Shown: positions 40,714 to 50,658 of the stretch, one piece after another
Layout of the letters: the number at the start of each line of letters is the position of its first letter
Numbering within the stretch: the first letter of the stretch is position 1
Source of the DNA: Candidatus Chazhemtobacterium aquaticus
GTDB lineage: Bacteria; Patescibacteriota; Microgenomatia; UBA1400; Chazhemtobacteraceae
Length of the DNA: 64,000 bases
Assembly (NCBI RefSeq): GCF_009936135.1
Contig: NZ_CP047901.1
Span: 60,181 to 124,180 of the forward strand
Reading direction: 5' to 3'
The notes under the pieces: generated by a model
Told to the model about the DNA's origin: nothing
The model's database searches: none
The model's input: only the letters and a program-made list of their open reading frames with translations
Position numbers and translations under genes: made by a program

Positions 40714-43299
40714 ATGGCTTCAAAATCTCGATCAAAAAAAACTACCCCTCCCTCTCCGACACCAAAAACCAAGCAATCTCGAAAGATAAAGTTGTCTCAT
40801 TTTCTTTCCCTATCACGCCTCCGGCTTCCTCATCCTCAACTCCATCTCCCCCACCTCCAGCGTAAACACATAATAATCATCAGTATTCTGATAGCTACCT
40901 TACTCTTCACAATTGGCTTTATCCTCTTTAAAGATGTCCCCAATCCCACTTCTCTATCCAAACGTCCTGCTCCCGTATCAACTCAAATTCTTGATCGCCA
41001 TGGCCAACTTCTCTACGAGATTTACACCGACCAAAACCGTACTCCAGTCTCCATCAAAGACTTACCCGATCATCTCACCCAAGCTACCATCTCCATCGAA
41101 GACAAAAACTTCTACTCCCACCATGGCCTGGACTTAAGAGGCATTGCCCGAGCCGCTTTCAAAACCCTCACTGGCCAGCGTCTCGAAGGCGGATCCACCA
41201 TCACTCAACAATTGGTCAAAACTGCTCTGCTTAATGATCCGTCCCGCACCATCTCACGTAAAATCAAAGAGGCAGCTCTTGCCATTCTCACCGAAATTAT
41301 CTACTCCAAAGACCAAATTCTAGAGATGTACCTCAACAACGTACCCTACGGTGGCACTGCTTACGGCATCGAAACAGCAGCCCGTCAATACTTCAATAAA
41401 TCAGCCAAAGACCTCACTCTTGCAGAAGCCACCCTACTTGCCGGACTTCCCCAAGCCCCCACCCGTTACTCGCCCTTTGGTGCTCACCCCGAACTAGCCA
41501 AACAACGCCAAGAACAAGTCCTTCGCCGTCTCCACGAAGATGGATATATCACCTCAGAAGAACTCGAGACTGCCAAGAATGAATCACTAAATTATGCCAG
41601 CGTTAAATCAACCATCAAAGCTCCCCACTTCGTCCTTTGGATCAAAGACCTTCTCGTCGACCGCTACGGCGAAGATTTAGTCAACCTTGGTGGACTTAGA
41701 GTTACCACTACCCTAGACCTTAATCTGCAAGAATACGCCCAAGCCTCCCTATCAGCCGAAGTTGACAAGTTAGAACGTCTCAAGGTCGGTAATGGAGCCG
41801 CCCTAGTCACCAAGCCAAAAACCGGAGAAGTGCTTGCTATGATCGGCTCAAGAGACTACTTCGACAAAGAACATGACGGAGCTGTCAATATCACCCTCCG
41901 TTACCGCCAACCAGGATCCTCAATCAAACCCCTCAATTACGCCGTCGGACTCCTTAAGGGTTGGCCAACCTCCACCATGTATCTTGATATACCCACTTGT
42001 TTCACTCAGTCTGGCCAAAAAGCATATTGCCCAAAAAACTATGACAACACCTGGCACGGGCCGACCCAAATGCGCTTCGCTCTTGGTAACTCCTACAACA
42101 TCCCTGCAGTTAAACAACTTGCCCTCAACGGTCTTGACGCTATGATCGCCACTGCCTCAGCCATGGGCATCACTGGCTGGGACAATCCCGATCGCTTTGG
42201 TCTCTCACTCACTCTAGGCGGTGGAGAAGTCCGCATGATTGACATGGCAGTCGCCTTCGGCGTCTTCGCCAACTCGGGCGTCAAAGTACCCCTTAATCCA
42301 ATTCTAAAAGTTGAAACATATACCGGACAAGTTCTTGAAGAAACCAATCTTGAAACCATCGCCGACCTCGCCTCAACCTCGCCCCTCAACTGGGATGATT
42401 TCTGGAGCAAACCACGCTCATCCAACAACCCAACCACTCAAACCACCTCCGTTGATCTGGGAATTGCCTCACCCTATTCCAGTTTCTTTGATCGCTTACT
42501 TGGCAAAAAACCCGGCAACCAAACTCTTAACATCACCATTCCCGAAACTCAGGTTACCACCGTCCTCCCTGAAGAAGTAGCCTACATCATCTCCCATATC
42601 CTCCTCGACAACAATGCCAGGGTTGGCGCCTTTGGATCAAGCAGCGAGCTCGTCATTCCTGGACATACTGTCTCCGTCAAAACCGGAACCACCAACGATC
42701 TACGTGACAACTGGACCATTGGCTTTACTCCCGACTATCTCGTCACCACCTGGGTCGGCAACAACGATAACACCTCCATGAGCTACGTTGCCTCAGGTGT
42801 TACCGGCGCCTCGCCCATCTGGAACGATATCATGCGTTTTGTCCTAAAAGACGAAAAAGACCGCTTTCCCACTCGCCCCCAAGGTATCGCCGATGCCCAA
42901 GTCTGTACCCTAACTGGTCTGCTTGCCTCTCCCGACGCCCCTTGTGACACCCGAAACGAAATCTTCATTAAAGATCACCTCCCTCTCCCCTCCACCACTT
43001 TACCCACTCGCAAGCAAATCTGGATCAGGCGGGACACCAACCAACCCCTTCTTCCAGGCGAAGAGGTTATTGACCTCAATCTTGAAGAACACACCGTTGT
43101 CTCAGACCCCTTCACTCAAGAATTCTGCCTTGACTGCGCCTATCCCCAAGAAACCAAGCCCAACCCTGACAATCCCGATGAACAAATTCCCACGGGCAAA
43201 ATCTCCTACCCCACCTTCATCATCAACTACGATCTCTTCAAAGCTAAAAACATCACTCCCACCTCCTGGATCAATACCACTCAACCACCCATAAACTAA
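40714..43299 (+). CDS. class A penicillin-binding protein (bifunctional transglycosylase/transpeptidase)
   Basis: GT51 motifs EDKNFYSHHG and GGSTITQQLVK. Transpeptidase motifs SSIK, SYN and KTGTTND. N-terminal TM anchor. Confidence 0.9.
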   Translation: MASKSRSKKTTPPSPTPKTKQSRKIKLSHFLSLSRLRLPHPQLHLPHLQRKHIIIISILIATLLFTIGFILFKDVPNPTSLSKRPAPVSTQILDRHGQLLYEIYTDQNRTPVSIKDLPDHLTQATISIEDKNFYSHHGLDLRGIARAAFKTLTGQRLEGGSTITQQLVKTALLNDPSRTISRKIKEAALAILTEIIYSKDQILEMYLNNVPYGGTAYGIETAARQYFNKSAKDLTLAEATLLAGLPQAPTRYSPFGAHPELAKQRQEQVLRRLHEDGYITSEELETAKNESLNYASVKSTIKAPHFVLWIKDLLVDRYGEDLVNLGGLRVTTTLDLNLQEYAQASLSAEVDKLERLKVGNGAALVTKPKTGEVLAMIGSRDYFDKEHDGAVNITLRYRQPGSSIKPLNYAVGLLKGWPTSTMYLDIPTCFTQSGQKAYCPKNYDNTWHGPTQMRFALGNSYNIPAVKQLALNGLDAMIATASAMGITGWDNPDRFGLSLTLGGGEVRMIDMAVAFGVFANSGVKVPLNPILKVETYTGQVLEETNLETIADLASTSPLNWDDFWSKPRSSNNPTTQTTSVDLGIASPYSSFFDRLLGKKPGNQTLNITIPETQVTTVLPEEVAYIISHILLDNNARVGAFGSSSELVIPGHTVSVKTGTTNDLRDNWTIGFTPDYLVTTWVGNNDNTSMSYVASGVTGASPIWNDIMRFVLKDEKDRFPTRPQGIADAQVCTLTGLLASPDAPCDTRNEIFIKDHLPLPSTTLPTRKQIWIRRDTNQPLLPGEEVIDLNLEEHTVVSDPFTQEFCLDCAYPQETKPNPDNPDEQIPTGKISYPTFIINYDLFKAKNITPTSWINTTQPPIN

Positions 43300-43386
43300 C
43301 CACAAACGAACCCATAATATTGACATTTATCCTCCACTCCCCTAAACTATCCCCATCGTTCTTTCTGCTTTACAGGAGAAAACGGC

Positions 43387-43566
43387 ATGTCAACGATTGA
43401 TTACTCCAACATGTCATCCCAAGAGCTAGAACACCTTGCTCCAGATGATCCGGATGCGGCATGGGAGCTGTTTAACCGAATCCTTGATCAAGGTGAACCA
43501 CTAGGAGACCTGGAACCCGACGAGGCTCAGTCCCCTTCTTCTCCAGCAGTCGTTGTGAACGACTAA
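43387..43566 (+). CDS. small acidic hypothetical protein (59 aa), not in the supplied ORF track
   Basis: ATG preceded by AGGAG 7 nt upstream. Translates as MSTIDYSNMSSQELEHLAPDDPDAAWELFNRILDQGEPLGDLEPDEAQSPSSPAVVVND. Followed by a hairpin plus T-tract. Confidence 0.4.
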   Translation: MSTIDYSNMSSQELEHLAPDDPDAAWELFNRILDQGEPLGDLEPDEAQSPSSPAVVVND

Positions 43567-43584
43567 CCCGGAACAGTAAGAACA

Positions 43585-43623
43585 ACACCCCTGTGCCTAC
43601 CCGCCCAGGGGTGTCTTTTTTCT
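43585..43623 (+). terminator. rho-independent terminator-like hairpin plus T-tract
   Basis: acacccctg / caggggtgt 9-bp stem with a 12-nt loop, followed by cttttttct. Confidence 0.55.
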
Positions 43624-43642
43624 ACAAGGTACAATTATCACC

Positions 43643-44935
43643 ATGGAAATCACTCCCCCATCACCATCTCCAAAACCTTCTCGTGTTCATATTGGCCCTA
43701 TCATCCTTGTCATTCTCTCTCTCACAGCCTTCATTCTTGCCGGTATCATCTATCTAACTCGCTCCACTCCTCCACCCCTTCTCTCACCACTAGCCCAAAT
43801 TGCTAATCCAGTCGCCGATATATTAGGAATTAACCCAAAACATCCAGAAAAAATCATCTACGGCTTTCTACCTTTCTGGAACATGAATGAATCCGACAAT
43901 TTCAACTATCACCTACTCACCCATGTCGCCTATTTTGGTCTAGACTACAACCCAGACGGAACTATCCACAAAATCAGTGATGACAACACCCTTGAACCAG
44001 GTTGGAATCAACTCAACTCAAGCCAAGCCAATCAGGTTTTCCGTTCAACCAAATCCGCCCGAGGTAAGACTATCATTGTCATGCGAGCCATGACCCAAAA
44101 ACTAATTGAGTCACTTGTCAATAATCCCGATCACCGCCAACAGGTCATCGACTCAACCATGGAGATTCTTGATCAAAAAAACTTTGACGGGATCAATATT
44201 GATTTCGAATATGTTGGCACTCCAGACACTCAAACTAAAAATAACTTTTCTCTTCTTGTAAAACAATTAAGCTCTGTCTGCAAACAAACGCGTCCTGGCT
44301 GTGAAGTTAGTATAGATGTTTTCGCAGACTCAGCCGTTAAAAACCGAATTTGGGATTACGCCAGCATCACTCCTCACATTGACTACGTTATTATTATGGC
44401 CTACGACTTCTTCCGCTCATCCTCATCCCAAGCCGGACCCGTCGCCCCATTAAGAGGGGCATGCTCAGAATCATCATCAGACCAATCGACTTGTCTCGAA
44501 TATGACGTAGCCCAAACTATCGCCGACTTTTCCAAAATAATCCCTGCTGAAAAAATTATTCTTGGAGTTCCTTACTACGGCTATCAATGGCAAACCACCA
44601 CGTCTGAGTTCTTAAGCAACACCTATCAAAAAACCGGTGCCACAGCCACTTATAAACGCATCCAGGAACTCCTAACATCATCAAACCAAGAAGACAGATC
44701 AGCTATTCTCGGCCTCTCAACTCACTGGAACGACACCACCCTTACTCCTTGGATTACCTACACCGACACTGAAGGCAATATCCAACAAATCCACTACGAA
44801 GACGAACATTCCCTTTCTCTAAAATATGATCTGGTCAACCAAAGCAATATTGCCGGAATCGCTATCTGGGCTCTTGGATATGATGGACACTGGCCACAAC
44901 TATGGCAGCTTCTTCAACACAAATTTCTCAAATAA
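43643..44935 (+). CDS. glycoside hydrolase family 18 domain protein (chitinase/peptidoglycan hydrolase-like), membrane-anchored
   Basis: GH18 catalytic motif FDGINIDFEY (DxxDxDxE). N-terminal TM helix. Confidence 0.8.
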   Translation: MEITPPSPSPKPSRVHIGPIILVILSLTAFILAGIIYLTRSTPPPLLSPLAQIANPVADILGINPKHPEKIIYGFLPFWNMNESDNFNYHLLTHVAYFGLDYNPDGTIHKISDDNTLEPGWNQLNSSQANQVFRSTKSARGKTIIVMRAMTQKLIESLVNNPDHRQQVIDSTMEILDQKNFDGINIDFEYVGTPDTQTKNNFSLLVKQLSSVCKQTRPGCEVSIDVFADSAVKNRIWDYASITPHIDYVIIMAYDFFRSSSSQAGPVAPLRGACSESSSDQSTCLEYDVAQTIADFSKIIPAEKIILGVPYYGYQWQTTTSEFLSNTYQKTGATATYKRIQELLTSSNQEDRSAILGLSTHWNDTTLTPWITYTDTEGNIQQIHYEDEHSLSLKYDLVNQSNIAGIAIWALGYDGHWPQLWQLLQHKFLK

Positions 44936-45017
44936 CCAATCAAAAGAGATCAAAACACATCATCTCTAATATTTTCTCTCTTTATTTTCATCCCCTAACC
45001 TTGCTAAAATTGTCCCA

Positions 45018-47603
45018 ATGCGCCACACCGGACAGGGGTCATTGATAAACAGATCTCTATACCAACTCACCCATAAAATCACAAAATACTTTAATACCCT
45101 AAATCATCTATCAAACAAGCAACACAAAAATAAGCTGCCAATCAATCACAATCCTATAAATCGAGTCACTCAATTCCTCAAATATCTTGGTCGTCCTGTT
45201 TTCAACATTCTTCTCCTCCTCATCCTCTTCTCCAACTTTACAATCACCCAAACTCTCAACTTACTTGGTTTAATCGGTCGTGCCACCCTCAACCTCCCTC
45301 CTGCAATTTTAAACCTCTTTAAACACGTAAGCTTACCCCGTCTTTCCAAACCATCTATACCAAAGATTGGTCTTCCACACCTGCCTAATCTGAAGCTTCA
45401 TTTTTCTCAAAAAACTCATCACCCCATCCAATTCTCAATTCCTCAATTACCCCATTTACAACCACCCCACTTTCCCAAACTCCCTTCGCCTCGCATAAAA
45501 CTACGCCCATCTCTCCTCAATCTCTCCGTCCTCACGCTTATTTTCATCTCCACCTTTCTTTATTACTGGATTCTTAAAGATCTACCCTCGCCACGAAAAC
45601 TTTCAAATCTACAGCCGGAACTAACTACCCAAATCTTTGATCGACACGGTCGACTTCTTTACAAGATATATGACCAAGAAAAACGCACTCTAGTCTCTCT
45701 GGAAGATATCCCCCTCCATACTCGCCAAGCCACCATCGCTATTGAAGACAAGCACTTCTACTCTCATCAAGGCCTTTCGCTAAAAGGCATAATCCGTGCC
45801 ATTCAAAGAAACCTTACTACTCAAGAGATCCAGGGCGGTTCCACCATCACCCAACAACTCATTAAAAATACCTTACTTACAAACGAAAAAACCCTACAAC
45901 GCAAAATCAAAGAAGTTATTCTTGCTATTCACACCGAACTGATCTTCAGTAAAGACCAGATTCTCCAGATGTACTTCAACCAAGTTGGCTACGGTGGCCC
46001 AGCATATGGGATTCAGGAAGCCGCTCAACAATACTTTGCCAAAAATGTCTCAGATCTAAATCTAGCCGAGTCAGCCCTACTTGCTGGCCTACCGCAATCA
46101 CCCACTCGCTACTCACCTTTTGGTGCCCACCCAGAACTCGCCAAGCAACGTCAAATCCAAGTACTAGATCGCATGCTTGAAGATGAGTATATTACCCTTC
46201 AACAATATCAAGACGCGCTTAATACCCCCCTTACTTTCGCCCCACCCCAAACCAGTATTCTTGCTCCTCATTTCGTCATGTATATCAAAGACCTCCTCGT
46301 CTCATACTTCGGCGAAGAACTTGTCACCCACGGAGGTCTCCAAGTCCACACCACTCTAGACCTAGATATCCAAAACCTTGCCCAATCCATCCTCAATCAA
46401 GAGCTTGATCAACTTAAAAATCTCCATGTCAACAACGGAGCCGTACTTATCACCAACCCTCCTTCCGGCGAAATCCTAGCTATGATTGGATCAAAAGACT
46501 ACTTTGATATTGCTCACGATGGTCAGGTAAACCTAACTACCAGTCTTCGCCAACCAGGCTCAGCCATTAAGCCTATCAACTATGCTCTTGCTTTTGAAAC
46601 CGGACTGACTCCCTCAACCATTATCCACGACACTCCCATAACCTTTAATCTCCCCGGATCCAAACCCTACACTCCCAACAACTATGACGGACGTTTCCAC
46701 GGAGCCGTTACGCTCAGAACCGCTCTTGCCTCATCATATAATGTTCCAGCCATCAAGCTCCTAAATAGAAACGGGGTTATCCAAATGGCCAGATTAGCAT
46801 CACAAATGGGTATCACCACCTGGGACAACCCTGCTCGCTACGGCCTTTCTCTTACCCTGGGAAGTAATGAGGTCAAAATGACCGACATGGCTGAAGTCTA
46901 CGGTACCTTCGCCAATTTAGGTGTTCACGTACCCCTTAATCCCATCCTCTCCATCAAAGACTCCTCCGGTCAACCTCTTAAATTCAATCTCTGCAACCTA
47001 CCCCAAACCGATACCAATCAATCCACCTTCACTGTTCAAGCTGCCACTACAAATACCAACTGCCAACCACATCAAGTCATCTCACCAGAAACCGCTTATT
47101 TAATCTCCGACATACTCTCTGACAACCAAGCCAGAACTCCTGCATTTGGCTCTCGTTCAGTTCTCCACATCCCTGATTACCAAGTCGCCGTTAAAACCGG
47201 TACTAGCAATGATCTGCGTGACAACTGGACCATTGGCTATACACCTGAACTCCTAGTTGCTACCTGGGTTGGCAACAACGATAACTCACCCATGAGTCGC
47301 ATTGCTTCAGGCATCACCGGAGCCTCACCCATCTGGAGTCAAATTACCTCACAAATCCTTAAAAACACCGTTCCAACTACCTTCCCCACCCCATCCAACA
47401 TTGTCAAGGTTCCCATTTGCACTCTCACCAACACTCTTACCTGTTCTGCTTGCCCCTCAACTAGGTTAGAAACCTTCATCCAAGGCACCCAGCCCACTAT
47501 TTCCTGTACCACCGAACAAATCAACCAAGCTCTTGAAAAGAACACATCCTCACCTTTAGCCCAATCTTCTTTAGATCAAAACGATAACGCCTCCTCAGAT
47601 TAA
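45018..47603 (+). CDS. class A penicillin-binding protein paralog with long Pro/Leu-rich N-terminal extension
   Basis: EDKHFYSHQG, GGSTITQQLIK, SAIK, SYN and KTGTSND. The RYSPFGAHPELAKQRQ block is identical to the first PBP. True start uncertain. Confidence 0.85.
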   Translation: MRHTGQGSLINRSLYQLTHKITKYFNTLNHLSNKQHKNKLPINHNPINRVTQFLKYLGRPVFNILLLLILFSNFTITQTLNLLGLIGRATLNLPPAILNLFKHVSLPRLSKPSIPKIGLPHLPNLKLHFSQKTHHPIQFSIPQLPHLQPPHFPKLPSPRIKLRPSLLNLSVLTLIFISTFLYYWILKDLPSPRKLSNLQPELTTQIFDRHGRLLYKIYDQEKRTLVSLEDIPLHTRQATIAIEDKHFYSHQGLSLKGIIRAIQRNLTTQEIQGGSTITQQLIKNTLLTNEKTLQRKIKEVILAIHTELIFSKDQILQMYFNQVGYGGPAYGIQEAAQQYFAKNVSDLNLAESALLAGLPQSPTRYSPFGAHPELAKQRQIQVLDRMLEDEYITLQQYQDALNTPLTFAPPQTSILAPHFVMYIKDLLVSYFGEELVTHGGLQVHTTLDLDIQNLAQSILNQELDQLKNLHVNNGAVLITNPPSGEILAMIGSKDYFDIAHDGQVNLTTSLRQPGSAIKPINYALAFETGLTPSTIIHDTPITFNLPGSKPYTPNNYDGRFHGAVTLRTALASSYNVPAIKLLNRNGVIQMARLASQMGITTWDNPARYGLSLTLGSNEVKMTDMAEVYGTFANLGVHVPLNPILSIKDSSGQPLKFNLCNLPQTDTNQSTFTVQAATTNTNCQPHQVISPETAYLISDILSDNQARTPAFGSRSVLHIPDYQVAVKTGTSNDLRDNWTIGYTPELLVATWVGNNDNSPMSRIASGITGASPIWSQITSQILKNTVPTTFPTPSNIVKVPICTLTNTLTCSACPSTRLETFIQGTQPTISCTTEQINQALEKNTSSPLAQSSLDQNDNASSD

Positions 47604-47609
47604 ATACTC

Positions 47610-47918
47610 TTAATCCAGTTCGTACACCGCAGGACCAAACCAACCAACCCCTCCCTCTCTCACTGACTCTACCTCAACAGACCGACTCGTCTCACTCCTC
47701 CCTTCTCGACTAACCAACCTCCCCCACCAACTGGCCCCTCCTGCCTTTAAAGAAAACAACAAACTGATCAACACACTCACTGCCAATATCACCAGCACCC
47801 AAACTTTGCTCTCATTCTCCTTGCTCTCCTTCTTTGCCTCTCTATCTTCCCCAGCATCCTCTTCATTCATTCCCCTAATCTTTAACTGTCTACCCGTTGT
47901 CTCTTTTTCCTCTGCCAT
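47610..47918 (-). CDS. hypothetical protein
   Basis: ORF only. Charged N-terminus and one hydrophobic helix. Confidence 0.25.
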   Translation of the reverse strand: MAEEKETTGRQLKIRGMNEEDAGEDREAKKESKENESKVWVLVILAVSVLISLLFSLKAGGASWWGRLVSREGRSETSRSVEVESVREGGVGWFGPAVYELD

Positions 47919-47937
47919 ATATCCATTCTAACCCACT

Positions 47938-48927
47938 CTAACACTTGTGTACCCTTGCCCTACACCAAACCTCTTCATTTACCAAACCTTCTGGCTCTTC
48001 ACCAGCCAGAGTTCTAAGTATATTGTTCACCGCCATCTCCGCCATTAACTCTCTTGCTTCATTAGTTGCTGATGCAATATGTGGTGTTAATACCACATTA
48101 TCAAGTTTAAATAGTCCAGTATTAACTCTACTCTCATCCTCAAACACATCCAAACCAGCACCAGCGATCCTCCCCTCCTTTAACATCTCTATCAACTCAT
48201 TCTCTTTTACAACCGCCCCACGAGCTGTATTAATCAACACCGCCGTCTTTTTCATCATCATTAATTCCCTTTTACCTATCATTCCTTCAGTCTCTTTATT
48301 CAATGGCACGTTAAGACTAATCACATCCGCCTCCTTGAGTAACTCATCCAGTTTCTCTTTGTACTCACCCTTACACTCCTTCTCGACATCAACACTTCTT
48401 GATCTGGAATAATATATCACCTTCATCCCCAGCCCATAGCCCAACCTAGCCGTCCATTCACCTATCCTCCCCATACCCACTACTCCCAACACCTTTCGTC
48501 TCACTGTCATACCCACCATCAAATCAGGCTCCCAACCCTTAAACTTACCTGACCTTACATACTTGTCTCCTTCCACAATCCTTCTCATCACCGTCAACAT
48601 TAATGCTATTGCATGCTCAGCCACTGACTCTGATAACGCCGCTGGTGTATTTGTTACCACTATTCCTCGTCTAGTTGCCTCACTCACCTCTACGTTATCA
48701 AAACCAACCGCACAGTTACTTATTATTTTCAAATTCTCTCCCGCCTTCTCCATTACTTCAGCATCAATTCTCTCTGTTAACAATGATAAGATCGCGTCCA
48801 CTCCTCTAACCTTTCTTAACAAATCTTTTCTTGAAATCTCTCTTCCCGGCCAAACAACAACCTCATATTTCTCAGCCAGCCTATCAACAAAATCCCCCGC
48901 CAATTTCTGTGTTACAAAAACCTTCAT
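47938..48927 (-). CDS. D-isomer-specific 2-hydroxyacid dehydrogenase (glycerate/phosphoglycerate dehydrogenase family)
   Basis: NAD-binding VLGVVGMGRIGEWTARL, ARGAVV, LDVFEDE and TPHIASAT motifs. Confidence 0.85.
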   Translation of the reverse strand: MKVFVTQKLAGDFVDRLAEKYEVVVWPGREISRKDLLRKVRGVDAILSLLTERIDAEVMEKAGENLKIISNCAVGFDNVEVSEATRRGIVVTNTPAALSESVAEHAIALMLTVMRRIVEGDKYVRSGKFKGWEPDLMVGMTVRRKVLGVVGMGRIGEWTARLGYGLGMKVIYYSRSRSVDVEKECKGEYKEKLDELLKEADVISLNVPLNKETEGMIGKRELMMMKKTAVLINTARGAVVKENELIEMLKEGRIAGAGLDVFEDESRVNTGLFKLDNVVLTPHIASATNEARELMAEMAVNNILRTLAGEEPEGLVNEEVWCRARVHKC

Positions 48928-48976
48928 ATTCCAATTCTAAATATACTCATTAATAATGATCCCTAACTAATATAAC

Positions 48977-49972
48977 CTATGTTCTCACTTTTTCCTCAAC
49001 TAATCTCAATTCTTTCTTCATCCACTTGTCTAACTCACTCTCACTCAATAATCCTTCCTTAACTCCTATTTTCATCACCTCACTTGCTCCATTCGCCGCC
49101 CCAGCTTTCAAGCTATCCGCCAAACTCCAACCCTTGATCCTTCCATATACAAAACCACTACCAAATGCATCACCTGCTCCCGTATCATCTACACTCTTAA
49201 CTCTATACGCTCCTGCCCGAACCCTTATCTCTCCATCAAACGCAACCGACCCCTTTTTACCCTCTGTCATGACTACCAACCCTCGACTCGCTAACCGACC
49301 AGCTCCTTTCATCAGCTCAACATCATCATCAAAACTAACTCCCAATAATCCAGCCAGTTCCAATCTATTCAACAACAACACATCTATCTTACCCAACACT
49401 CTCTCCAACCTACTCTTATCTTTCAGCTCCGCCTTTCCTGGATTAAACGCTACCTTTATCTCCTGCTTATTAGCAAACGCCACAATATCCTCAAGCAAAC
49501 TCATCTTGCCACCCAAACTGGACACATAAAACCATTTTGACCCCTTCACCTTTTCCCAATCAATCTCTCTTGATAACAACTCCTTACTTACTCCTCGATA
49601 AGTCAGTATTGACCTCCCCCCCTCCTTATCCACCAATATCACCGACAAAGCCGACTCTCCCCCCTTTTCCTCGACCATTAACTCACTTCCCAAGTTATAT
49701 TTTTCCAATGCTCGTTTAATCATCCCTCCAATTTCATCATCTCCCAACTTCACCACCGCACCCGCCTTCAACCCCTTCTTTATAAAGCTCACCGCCGAAT
49801 TGGTTCCTCCTCCTCCCACATCAACATTGATCCCATCAACCTCAGTTTTTCCACCATATACCTGACACAAACCCACCCCACCAGCTATCTGGTGACCCTT
49901 CATCACCCTAAACTCACTCGATCTAATTGTCACATCAAGTACTACTGACCCAAAACTAACCACATCATACAT
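48977..49972 (-). CDS. PfkB family carbohydrate kinase (ribokinase-like)
   Basis: C-terminal anion-hole motif DTGAGDAFGSGFV. N-terminal GG motif region. Confidence 0.8.
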   Translation of the reverse strand: MYDVVSFGSVVLDVTIRSSEFRVMKGHQIAGGVGLCQVYGGKTEVDGINVDVGGGGTNSAVSFIKKGLKAGAVVKLGDDEIGGMIKRALEKYNLGSELMVEEKGGESALSVILVDKEGGRSILTYRGVSKELLSREIDWEKVKGSKWFYVSSLGGKMSLLEDIVAFANKQEIKVAFNPGKAELKDKSRLERVLGKIDVLLLNRLELAGLLGVSFDDDVELMKGAGRLASRGLVVMTEGKKGSVAFDGEIRVRAGAYRVKSVDDTGAGDAFGSGFVYGRIKGWSLADSLKAGAANGASEVMKIGVKEGLLSESELDKWMKKELRLVEEKVRT

Positions 49973-49995
49973 AGACCCATGTTAACATACCCTCA

Positions 49996-50658
49996 ATGAA
50001 TGTCCGCATCGAACCCTCCTGGAAAAAGGTTCTCCAAACAGAATTTAACCAACCCTACTTCAAAAAACTTACTGAGTTTGTCAAAAAAGAATATATCTCC
50101 ACCACCGTCTATCCACCCCCAAAATTCATCTTTAATGCTTTTAACTCCACTCCATTTAACCAAGTCAAGGTTGTTATTTTAGGCCAAGACCCCTATCACG
50201 GCCCCAACCAAGCCCACGGCCTCTGTTTCTCAGTTCTCCCCCCTACTCCTCCGCCACCCTCACTCCAGAATATCTACAAAGAGATAAAAAGCGACATCGG
50301 CCATATTACCAACACCTCAGGTGATCTCACTCATTGGACCAAACAAGGCATTCTTTTACTTAATGCCACTCTCACTGTCAGGGCCCACCAAGCCGGCTCC
50401 CATCAAAACAAAGGTTGGGAACAATTTACTGACGCTGTAATTAAGGTCCTCAATCAACAAAAAACCGGTCTCGTCTTTATTCTTTGGGGTGCTTACGCCC
50501 GCAAAAAAGGTGCCAACATCGATCGCCAACGCCATTTAGTTATTGAGTCAACTCATCCATCACCCCTCTCTGCCCATGCGGGTTTTTTTGGCAGTAAACC
50601 CTTCTCCCAAACTAACACCTATCTCCTCCTCAATGGACATCAACCCATCAACTGGTAA
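49996..50658 (+). CDS. ung: uracil-DNA glycosylase (family 1)
   Basis: VKVVILGQDPYHGPNQAHGLCFSV water-activating loop and HPSPLSA motif. Confidence 0.95.
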   Translation: MNVRIEPSWKKVLQTEFNQPYFKKLTEFVKKEYISTTVYPPPKFIFNAFNSTPFNQVKVVILGQDPYHGPNQAHGLCFSVLPPTPPPPSLQNIYKEIKSDIGHITNTSGDLTHWTKQGILLLNATLTVRAHQAGSHQNKGWEQFTDAVIKVLNQQKTGLVFILWGAYARKKGANIDRQRHLVIESTHPSPLSAHAGFFGSKPFSQTNTYLLLNGHQPINW

